64,000 bases of DNA from Pocillopora damicornis (taxonomy: Eukaryota), in NCBI RefSeq assembly GCF_003704095.1, contig NW_020846801.1, positions 124,001 to 188,000 of the forward strand, given 5' to 3'. This document shows positions 21,163 through 31,818 of the stretch, piece by piece (position 1 is the first letter of the stretch; each line of letters begins with the position of its first letter). The notes under the pieces are model-generated. The model worked only from the letters and a program-made list of their open reading frames with translations. It was not told the origin of the DNA and made no database searches. The position numbers and the translations under genes were made by a program.

Positions 21163-23281
21163 CTGGTAAACAATATTGAATTCATTATTGTAATTTACAA
21201 TATCAAATTATTAATCTTATATATATCAATTACCCATATTAAATAGTAAGCCCTCTAAATTATTCAGTAAAACTGCTATTTCAATCATTGGTTGATACTG
21301 AAGGATTTACTTCTTGACTACTTATAGAATCAATCTCTCTATGCTTAAGGACATCATGTTAAAATACAACTTAGAGGTTAATTATTTTGCATTTACCCAA
21401 AAATACAATTGCATTATAATCGCAAGTGTAATCTGTATCTGTAAAGGAGGGGAGGTTAAGGAGAGCCATAGTGACCCTCAAATTGGGAGACACTGGCCCA
21501 GTAAAATATTCCTTTTTGCATCTTCTCATTGTCATTTTCTACATCAGGATCACACTTTTGCTCTGATGAGGGCTAGCGCTGGAAATATCAGCTTTAGAAA
21601 CTCTTTATAGTGGCCAATCGACATTATTGTACATTAGACTTGCTTAGGGTTAGGCTAACCCTATGAAAACTATGAGCATAAATTCAGTATACAACAGCAA
21701 GTGAAGTTGATACGATAACCCAATATCTCCCACAGATATTTGGTTATCATGTCAAGTTCAAAGTCTGTCTAGTTTCCAAGCCCTAAGCAAAAGTTCGAAA
21801 CTCACCCCCTTTATTCATACTTTGTAAAGCCCTATGCTGTAGGACTTTCCCTTTCAACCCCCCCCCCCCCCCCCCCCCCCCNNNNNNNNNNNNNNNNNNN
21901 NNNNNNNNNNNNNNNNNNNNNNNNNNNNNNNNNNNNNNNNNNNNNNNNNNNNNNNNNNNNNNNNNNNNNNNNNNNNNNNNNTGACTTTATGGAACTGCTA
22001 TTGTTTTGTTAGGGTCAAAATATATTGGAGGACCAAGATTCTTTTCTATGTCTCAACTTAATTTGGAGTTGCAATAACTTGCTATATGAGCCTCACTCTT
22101 GCAAGAACACATCAGTTTGTTACAAGAAAACAATGTTAAATATCGACTGGCACGACATTTTACCTTTCTTTTACTTTGACGAATTCTTTCACGACAGTTA
22201 AACCTAAAAGTCCTTTTATTTAATAGTCTTTTAGCATTAACATAACAGTACAATGTAGATGACATGGGGATACACGAAAGAATGCGTGCATAGACAAATT
22301 TTCTAACCTTTCTGCTCGTTCCTTAACCTTTTCAAACTTCGTATTAGTATTCTGCTTAGTTCACGATCACGTCTACATACACGATCTATAAAACGCTCGA
22401 TATCTTTTAGTGTGGGTTTACCGCGAACGACGTGTGCATATTTTGTATGCTTTTTTAGCGTATTATAAACAATGTCTATACTCTTCATCCGCAATTAACC
22501 TATGTGCTCATTAGTCAAAGCGTCGCGCATGCGTCAGAGTCTAAAGGTTGCGCATGCGTGCTAAGGACTTGACCGCGATTTGCGACCGAACCAAAAAAAA
22601 ACCAAGCCGGAATTTCAATTCGGGCGTTTCCTTTGGAAAGCCCGAGTAAAAATGGTGCGATTTGTGAATAAATCACATCAATTAGTACCAATCAGATTAC
22701 AGGGACCACCAGTGATTTCAAAATGGGTGTAATTAACGGAGTTAAGTGAATATGATGTGATCTACCAACGAAGAAAATGTATCGAGTCGAAGAAACAGTT
22801 TTGGTCTCGGTCCTCATTTTTGTCAAAGAAATAAACACATACCGCTCAAAAAGATGATAATACGTGCAAAGCTGTCAATTATTTCTCGAATATTGTGCGT
22901 GTTAAATATTCAATAGTGAGATCTCATTTACATCTACATCTACTTTTATTAAGTTGGTAAAATCTGTACAGACATCACACCAATCAACTCGCGCGCAAAG
23001 TGAAAACACTATATGAAGGCTTAAAATTATATTAGAAACGATTTTGATATAGAAAGGGGCCAAGAATATTCCACAATAGTGCAAATAATCGTGAACGCTG
23101 ATCGCGGAGAAGCGATTGCGTGACGCTCGTTAAGTCATAAGATGACATGTTATCACATGCCAGACGAAAAAACACTTTAAATTCTCATTCTGCATTTTTT
23201 ACCCACTCTGCAGTTTACATTTTGTACCTGGTCTACATTTTGTATCCGGTCTGCGGTCTGCAGTCTGCAGTCTGCATTTTG

Positions 23282-23421
23282 GGTAAAATTTCCGCACAGC
23301 CCCATACTACATTATGCATTCAGTTTTTGGATAGAGGAAACAATGATAAAAAACAATATATTGTCGTTGGGAAAACAGATTTGTTTTACAATAGTATGAG
23401 GCTGTGCGGAAATGTTTTACC
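23282..23421. mobile_element. 140-bp Merlin-like MITE with 8-bp TSD
   Basis: TIRs ggtaaaatttccgcacagcc / ggctgtgcggaaatgttttacc, flanked by the direct repeat gcattttg (23274-23281 and 23422-23429). Confidence 0.75.
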
Positions 23422-23539
23422 GCATTTTGTACTAACAGGTATCCGTAGCACCAATACAGTCAAAATACCTGTGTGTGAGTTAATTCTTCATTTTCGTTTT
23501 TTACTGCATAAATACTCTTTCCTTCTGTAAAAATGTAAA

Positions 23540-23905
23540 CGCTGATCATGTATCAAAACTCTCTCACGGCAGTTTCTAGAAGCAACCTTTTAGGTTGACA
23601 CTTTCAAATAATGTTGTAAATATGATAATAACTTTGATAATAATAACTCTACTAACTTTTGATGTTTTACTATATTACTGTCGCAAAACCTACCGACTCT
23701 TTCGTAAGTCCACTTACGCGAAGATTCGCCATATCGGTTAATATTCGTAGAAGGAAGTGTAAAACAGTTTTGAGTCACAATACTCTTTTGGCTGTTGAAT
23801 TAGTTGTTGAATTCGTTACTCTTCACAGCTACTTGCTATGCATACCTGAGAACAATACTTCTAGATCTCTTAATCTATTTCTTGTGGGAACAAACCGGGC
23901 CTTTG
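23540..23905 (-). other. TPCN1: TPCN1 copy B 5' region (homologous to 44400-44760)
   Basis: Colinear similarity with copy A's 5' region, including both candidate donor sites (cag|gtatg and tcg|gtagg). Start codon unresolved. Confidence 0.6.
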
Positions 23906-24638
23906 TTTACAATTCACAGACCCAATGTTTCGACACTTCCTGTCTAGTACCTCCATCAGGGGTGATCTAAACGCTGCAACAAGAGGTCCTTTATTACAAT
24001 CACTAATTAGCAGCCTTTTTCCTGACGAGGTGTAAATAGGTGTCAGGAAGTCAGCCGCCATCGTCACGACGATGGCAGCTACTTCAGAACAGCCAAAAAA
24101 ACCCTTAAATTTCTCTTAATTTTCTGTCATAGCTTCAAGGACACCTAGTTAGGATAGCCCTCCTCTAAATTGCTCAAATACTGCATGGACCCTCTCAATT
24201 ACAAACCAATGAGCAGTCGAGATTGTCAACATGATTTTAAATGTCTTCCTGTTTACTTAAGATCTGATGGGTACCTGCAAGCCCAAAGACTGTTTGTAGA
24301 TTATTATCTGAGATTAGCTTTTGAGCCTCTTGAACAGATGTGGTATTCTTTAGAGCCTGTAGAGAATTTCTGAGGTCAACCATCAAAACATCAAAAAATA
24401 TTTCAAACCACGGAAGCCGAAAAGGGACATTCAAAAAATATATTTTGCAAATCCTAAAAAATGTTTAGAATCAATATCTTTTTTAGACAAATCGCTTTTA
24501 AAAAGTTCGAGTTCGAGTTTAGGACATTTCGATTAGTGTATATTGTATGGTTATGGCCTATTTTACTGAGTATATGTACATAATAGAGTAATCTGTTGAA
24601 CTCTTGTTGAAGGTTAACAGTTTTTCCCGCTCCCATTT

Positions 24639-25178
24639 TCAAAAGGTGGCGTCATAATTTACTTCTTCCTCATCAAACACTGTGTTTACTTCTCCCATTG
24701 TTATCTCCTCAGTCACAAGACCATTGGATGACGTATTCGAGGAGACTGGTGATGAAGGAGAGTTGGTAGAAGACATGGGCATTTTATCCTCTGTTATATA
24801 AGCGTGCACTGAAGTTTCTCCCATGTCGAGGGCCCTTTCCTTTTTTATCCATTCCTACAAGGAAAAGCGAAACAGGTCAATTATAAACGAGATGTTATTA
24901 AAAAACAAACAAACAAATAAAAACAAAAACGGGGCACAATGATGGCGTGACCTCGTCGCTTCAACATTACTTGTCTGACTAATTTACTACAGTGTAATTT
25001 AACAATTAACAACTGACTAATTTACTACAGAATAATTCGTCAGTTAACAACTGACTAATTTACCACAGAATAATTTACAAACTAATGATCAATGAAAAGT
25101 TTATACCTTGACTTCATCGTCGTACATTTTTACGCTCAAATCCATTTTTGTCTTGGGGCGTTTTCCAACGTAATGAAC
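24639..25178 (-). CDS. TPCN1: TPCN1 copy A, last two exons
   Basis: Exons 25178-25107 (VHYVGKRPKTKMDLSVKMYDDEVK) and 24854-24639 (EWIKKER...NYDATF*). The contig end 25272-25292 overlaps the contig start 31373-31393 by 21 identical bases. Confidence 0.8.
24995..25085. repeat. Short tandem repeat (~3 x acaactgactaattta.tacag.ataatt) in the last TPC intron
   Basis: Seen directly. The reverse-complement version is at 25810-25915 in copy B. Confidence 0.55.
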
Positions 25179-25711
25179 CTGCAGTGAAATGAAACGAGTG
25201 TACGTGAGTCACATAACAGTCTCAAACTGTATTGAAACAGTGTATCGACTAAAATACTACAGCCCAACAAGTGTAAAATTTATGAACAAGAANNNNNNNN
25301 NNNNNNNNNNNNNNNNNNNNNNNNNNNNNNNNNNNNNNNNNNNNNNNNNNNNNNNNNNNNNNNNNNNNNNNNNNNNNNNNNNNNNNNNNNNNACAATAAG
25401 TTCAAAACTTTCAATCTATTATCACTGGTTATCAAAATGAATTACGAGATACCATCCAAGGGTCCCTCAAGACAGCTTCCTATGTTCATCACATACATTC
25501 AACCGTTGAGAGACCCATAAGTTACATTGAACGTATAAACAGGTATCGTTATTTAAGGGTTCTTGTTCATAAATTTTACACTTGTTGGGCTGTAGTATTT
25601 TGGTCAATATACGAAGGTCCCAAATGCGTAGCGGCCTGTTGTACCGAGGTTTAACTGTTTCAATACAGTTTGAGACTGTTATGTGAATCGCCTACACTCA
25701 TTTCATTGCAG

Positions 25712-26219
25712 GTTCGTTATGAAGGAAAACGCCCCAAGACAAAAATGGATTTGAGAGTAAGAATGTACGACGATGAAGTCAAGGTATAAACTTTTCATTT
25801 ATCATTAATTGATGAATTATTCGGTAGTAAATAAGTCAGTTGTTAACTGATGAATTATTCTGTAGTAAATTAGTCAGTTGTCAATTGTTAAATTACACTG
25901 TAGTAAATTAGTCAGTTAGACAAGTAATGTAAAAGCGACGAGGTCACACCATTTTGTCATTGCGCCCCTTTTTTTTCGTTCTTTGAATATTATCTCGTTT
26001 GTAATAAACCTGTTTCGCTTTTCCTTGTAGCAATGGATACAAAATGAAGAGCCCCTCGAAATAGGAGAACCTTCAGCGCACACTCATATAACAGAAGACA
26101 CAATGGCCATGTCTCCTACCAACTCTCCTTCATCACCAGTCCCCGCGAACACGTCATCTAATGGTCTTGTGACTGATGAAGTAACAATGGGAGAAGTAAA
26201 CATATCGTTAGACGAATAA
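25712..26219 (+). CDS. TPCN1: TPCN1 copy B, last two exons (inverted contig)
   Basis: Exons 25712-25783 (VRYEGKRPKTKMDLRVRMYDDEVK) and 26031-26219 (QWIQNEEP...NISLDE*). Confidence 0.75.
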
Positions 26220-26618
26220 GACGCCACCTTTTGAAAATGGGAGCGGGAAAAACAGATACCCTCTAACAAGGTTCAACAGATTACTCTATTATGTATATAT
26301 ACTCAGTAAACTCTTACCTAAAATGAGGCGGATACCAGTCTGATCGGTCCCTAAGAGCGCTTGAAGAACCAACTGCATAGTATGCGGTTGGTTTTTCAAG
26401 CGCTCTTATCAATATTTCTGGGGCTGCACTTGCGTCATGCAATGAACTGTAAATATGTAGCGCCGCATCGTTTGTCACATAACGAAAGCTTAGAGCGCCA
26501 GCTCAGTGTATATTCGGCNNNNNNNNNNNNNNNNNNNNNNNNNNNNNNNNNNNNNNNNNNNNNNNNNNNNNNNNNNNNNNNNNNNNNNNNNNNNNNNNNN
26601 NNNNNNNNNNNNNNNNNN

Positions 26619-29600
26619 AACTCTTTCTTCATAAAAGGTAAGAATCTCTGGGGCAAATCAGTTGAATTTTGGCTAGTGTCTGCCACCTGATGGTTTTAGT
26701 TATTATAAGGAATTCTAACTACTCCATGATGTCAACTCAACACCATCCACAGTATCTCTCTCTCTTCCCTCTATTCTCCTTCTTAATGGTCCAGGTCAGG
26801 GAGGAAAGAAAGATCTTAAGAATCTGACGCACTTCAGAGTAACAAAAGTTTCTCAGACTTTAAGTGTGTTTGTTAAAGTCTTGACTGGTAGTTTTCTTTT
26901 CTCTAAGGAAAGGTATAAGAAAAGCTTACGAACTTCTCAAAGGTGAAAATGTAAGTTGTTGATAAGTTAGTAATGTATCAGTCTATTATTAACAATTAAC
27001 TGGTCAGTCAGTCAGTCAAATAGATCATCTTCTGTCTGTCAGTGGAGCAGACAGCCAGGAGACAAGCACTGGTAGGCCATGAGTCAGTCAGTAAGTTAGG
27101 CATTAGGTTGTCAATCTAGTGGTCTGTCAATTTGTCTGAGTTAGTCAATACCCAATGAATTAATTCCCTGAAATAGTCCACTTATGTCTTGATTTAAGGC
27201 AGGGTCATTTATATGTCAATAACAAATTTTCTGGCAGAAAAAAAATAATCTACCCCTGAGGTAAGATAATTTACACTTTTTTTCATAGCCTCCACATGGG
27301 ATCCCATGGGAAACTTTTAAAGGCTTGATGTCACATTACGACCCCAAAAGAAGTAAGTGCTTTAATTTACTTCAGGCTTATAAATAAAAAATGTGCTCAA
27401 AGTGTTTATTACTTTTTACGAGTTCGCAGTTAACTATAATATTTTGAATATTATTATCGATAGTCACTCAATAAGAGCCTGGACTAGTCTCAAATCTTAC
27501 TCACACACACTATTGTTGTGGTTTAAATATTTTAGAGAAATATTATTAAGGTCATTAATCTAAAGATTGTTACTTTTCCAACAGCTGATGTGGAGAATTA
27601 TCTTTTTTTTAAGTCATTAAATAAAAGTAACACTGGACAATTAAGGTAATGTCCTCTTTCAAAAATGAATTATTTTTAGGTTTTTCTAAAGATTTGAATT
27701 GGTAATTTGTTTTTCGGCTTCATTGTAGTTTAAAATTTATTTAGTTTCTACATCTGGTACCATTGTAGTTTGACTGTGACTCAATATTTATACTTACTGG
27801 TAGTTATCAACTTTTATTTTAGCCTGGATGAATTTTACAATGTTTTTGAAAACAATGGGATGAGGTGGAAGCGGGTATGTGTCTATTATTTTATCGAAAG
27901 AAATTGAAGAACATTTTGAAAAACACAATTTCAAAACCTGCTAAAACTGCTGTAAAAATCGTGTTATGATTTATCTCACATGGTTACTGTTGTTGTTTTC
28001 TTAAAGGTAACAGAACATCACGATCAGTGGTTTAGCTGTTTTAGGTCATGCAACTGTTTGTACCGCACACTCAGAGGTAAGATTTAATATCCATGTTCAG
28101 TGTATTTGAATCGTCTTTTTTAGGGCGGTGTTCGAATTGAGTGTCGTAAAACCAAAACCAGAGTAGCGACAACCACCAATCAGAAGACAGTAAATACTTT
28201 AAGAGCCAATGAGAACTCCAAGTGAAATGAAGCAAACTGCCTAAAGCGCGGGAAAACGCGGGTGACCATGTCGCGATTGGTTTTAGTTTTGAATCTGATT
28301 GGTTGAGGAAGTAGTGGAAGTCTTCTGGACCAATCACTGAACGAAAGAAATCAAAACCAAAGCAATTCCGAATTACTTTCGACACTCAATTCAAAGTTGC
28401 TAAATAAGTGGGAATTAATTGTCCAGCCAAGACAGGGAGGACAACGACAGTGTAAACACTTATTTTTACCTCTGATTCCTTTGGCCTTGGATATCTTAGA
28501 AATTATATCTTTCTTTTGTAAAATAGAGAATTGTGAGCAGTTGGCAGGAAGTTATTCATGTAAACTTTTCTGACGTGGAATTCTCTTAAATCTCCTCATC
28601 CACCTCTAGTGGCCTTTTTGACAGTCTTTTCAAAAAATTGTTCTTGAAATTTCTGTATATCTCCCTGGATTTTTTAAGGGGTGTTTTGTTTGTAACTCTG
28701 TGTGAGCTTGTTAAGAAATATCCTTGAAGATTTTAAACCTACAAACCCATTCGTAAATAACTAAAACCATTGAAAATAGTTCAAAGTCTTAGAAAAGTCT
28801 CAAGAATTCTTGGAAAGTGTACGATTTGTTATCATCAGTCCAGAAACAACCAAGTCACGAAATTCATGCGATCAGCATGAAAAGCTTCCTCCGCTTGATT
28901 GCTATAGTTTCCAAAACCCCAAGTTGATGACAAATGGCAATTAATGATTATTGTCTTACCGAAACTTAGATGTCTAAATTCGTCCTGATACAAAAGTCTA
29001 ATTTTTTTTTCACAGGTATTCGCTGGCTCATATCACAGAAACCTTTTGAGTTCGTCATCTGTAAGTCTCTTTGAATCTTTGCTGCTAAATTGTAGAATTG
29101 CATTTCACTTGAATTTAGCAAATTCACTCACACTTTGGAATATTGTCTTGTAATTTCCAGACATTTCAAGAGCTGAAACGTAAAGAAATTATATCAAACG
29201 TTTTTAGAGGCCTTGCCGTAATAGCTAAGCTTCATTAATTAGACCTACGAACAAACATTTATTGGCCTTGAACTCCGCTTTCAGGTAATGCTTGGCTGGT
29301 CTTCATAATACATTCAGATCATTAACTTCTGCTTTGAATAATCGTCTTTGAAATTTTCTTCTTTAACAGACGCAATTATTATTATAAATGGGATTTCAGT
29401 TGTTGTGGATATCATTGTGTTTTCCAGTAAGTTATTTTCTCCTCTTTGATTTTAAGCTTATCCAATTATGTCGTTGAAAAATCTGTTTAGAATTGAAGTG
29501 TCTCATTACACCACGCAACGAGGCGGCGGCTTATCAAAACTGGAGGCAATTTCTCTTGACCGGTCTTGTGACTAGTACCAAAAGCGGGAAAAACGCCCGT

Positions 29601-30114
29601 GAAAAAGCCGCGGCGCGTGTTGGGTTGGCCTCTGATTGGCTAAAATAGTGGAGTGAGTTTTGTGAGTCAATTAGAAAACGCGGGGCACTTACCCAAATAA
29701 AGAAATTCTGTGCATCCGTGCATAGATGATATTTGTTCTGACCGAAAAATATGTTGAGAGTTCCATGCAAAAGATTTTATTTACTCTTTATTTGCAGACG
29801 CTCCTCAAAATGAAAGGGAAAAGAAGATAAGAGAGCTCCATTGGTACCATATAGTCTTCATTTGTGGTGAGTTGATTCATCGATGTGACATGTATTTTTT
29901 CCTAAATTTTTTTCTGATACGATGCATAGCTCGATTTACCTTTGTAAAAGTTTGTAAGTTGGTTCCGTATTGGATTTAAATTACTTGGGCTATTTTTAAA
30001 GACTCTTTCAGATATATGCAATGTAACTTTAATGTTTCCAGTTTATGCAACAGAAGCCTTGCTCAAACTCCTTGGTCTTGGTTTAAGGAAATATTTCCGG
30101 TCTGGCTGGAATAT
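26619..30114 (+). CDS. TPCN1: TPCN1 copy B, linker and domain-II S1-S2 exons (inverted contig)
   Basis: Exons 26619-26637 (partial), 26908-26950, 27289-27352, 27585-27645, 27823-27874, 28007-28076, 29016-29060, 29370-29426, 29798-29866 and 30042-30114. Sizes and phases match copy A. Confidence 0.85.
28125..28395. mobile_element. Hairpin-ended interspersed repeat in a TPC intron (shared with 37450-37720)
   Basis: Ends aattgagtgtcg...cgacactcaatt. Present at the same intron position in both TPC copies. Confidence 0.55.
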
Positions 30115-30991
30115 GTGAGTATTTAAGAACGGAGTTTAAGTTGTGCTTTCTTGTGTTGCAGTTAAGGCTATCGTTTCTNNNNNNNNNNNNNNNNNNNNNN
30201 NNNNNNNNNNNNNNNNNNNNNNNNNNNNNNNNNNNNNNNNNNNNNNNNNNNNNNNNNNNNNNNNNNNNNNNNNNNNNNNNNNNNNNNNNNNNNNNNNNNN
30301 NNNNNNNNNNNNNNNNNNNNNNNNNNNNNNNNNNNNNNNNNNNNNNNNNNNNNNNNNNNNNNNNNNNNNNNNNNNNNNNNNNNNNNNNNNNNNNNNNNNN
30401 NNNNNNNNNNNNNNNNNNNNNNNNNNNNNNNNNNNNNNNNNNNNNNNNNNNNNNNNNNNNNNNNNNNNNNNNNNNNNNNNNNNNNNNNNNNNNNNNNNNN
30501 NNNNNNNNNNNNNNNNNNNNNNNNNNNNNNNNNNNNNNNNNNNNNNNNNNNNNNNNNNNNNNNNNNNNNNNNNNNNNNNNNNNNNNNNNNNNNNNNNNNN
30601 NNNNNNNNNNNNNNNNNNNNNNNNNNNNNNNNNNNNNNNNNNNNNNNNNNNNNNNNNNNNNNNNNNNNNNNNNNNNNNNNNNNNNNNNNNNNNNNNNNNN
30701 NNNNNNNNNNNNNNNNNNNNNNNNNNNNNNNNNNNNNNNNNNNNNNNNNNNNNNNNNNNNNNNNNNNNNNNNNNNNNNNNNNNNNNNNNNNNNNNNNNNN
30801 NNNNNNNNNNNNNNNNNNNNNNNNNNNNNNNNNNNNNNNNNNNNNNNNNNNNNNNNNNNNNNNNNNNNNNNNNNNNNNNNNNNNNNNNNNNNNNNNNNNN
30901 NNNNNNNNNNNNNNNNNNNNNNNNNNNNNNNNNNNNNNNNNNNNNNNNNNNNNNNNNNNNNNNNNNNNNNNNNNNNNNNNNNNNNNNNNNN

Positions 30992-31155
30992 GACCCTTGA
31001 GACTTTTGCTGTAAGTATTCAGTTCTTCTTAAAAAATCTTATTGAGTTCTTCATGTTACTAAAACAATTAATATTCCTTGCAGACTTTTTAAAGTGAAAA
31101 AAAGATACCGTGACTTGTTTGAGACAATAGGTGTCTTGTTACCTCGAATGGCCAG
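30992..31155 (+). CDS. TPCN1: TPCN1 copy B, IIS4 and S4-S5 linker exons (inverted contig)
   Basis: 30992-31010 (RPLRLL, partial) and 31084-31155 ([23 protein letters not shown]). Confidence 0.8.
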
Positions 31156-31818
31156 GTAATGCTATCTCTGTTCTAGTGGAATTGTCCATTGTTATGTAGG
31201 CGTTGCACTGTTGCTGAAAGTTTATTCATGGCTGAGCGTGAGAATGACAGTTTGTCACGCAACGTCTTCTGCNNNNNNNNNNNNNNNNNNNNNNNNNNNN
31301 NNNNNNNNNNNNNNNNNNNNNNNNNNNNNNNNNNNNNNNNNNNNNNNNNNNNNNNNNNNNNNNNNNNNNNNNTGTAAAATTTATGAACAAGAACCCTTAA
31401 ATAACGATACCTGTTTATACGTTCAAAATAACTTATGGGTCTCTCAACGGTTCAATGTGTCTGACGAGCATAGGAAGCTGTCTTGCGGGACCCATGAATG
31501 GTATCTCGTAATTCATTTCGATAACCAGTGATAATAGATTGTAAGTTTTCAGGTTATTGCTCAGTTGTTGAACGGAATATTACGCAAATGGAAAGCTTAA
31601 ATATACGGTCATTTTGATACTACCGTAGTGGGAAATCATGTACTATGCTTGCCGCGTGAGTTAGCGGCAGATCTCTGATTGGTCCCTTGATGGGCCAGGA
31701 ATTTGAGTTGAAGTCACAGAGGTGGTATTTCATGACTCAAGAAACATTCCTCTAAAAACAGAAAACTTGGGAGTTGAATGAAAATGTCTGATAGACTGCG
31801 AAATAATGATATTCTTAC

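Noticed and set aside
21858-21881. 24-bp poly-C run
   Set aside because: Abuts a gap, so its length is unreliable and it is probably the cause of the assembly break.
25393-31272. Genuine antisense TPC gene nested in an intron of copy A
   Set aside because: Bounded by 100-N gaps, exon blocks are out of order, and the flanking contigs overlap each other; mis-scaffolding is more likely.
30141-31531. Long ORFs in the track spanning N runs (also 25189-25440 and 26361-26690)
   Set aside because: Artefacts of translating assembly gaps.
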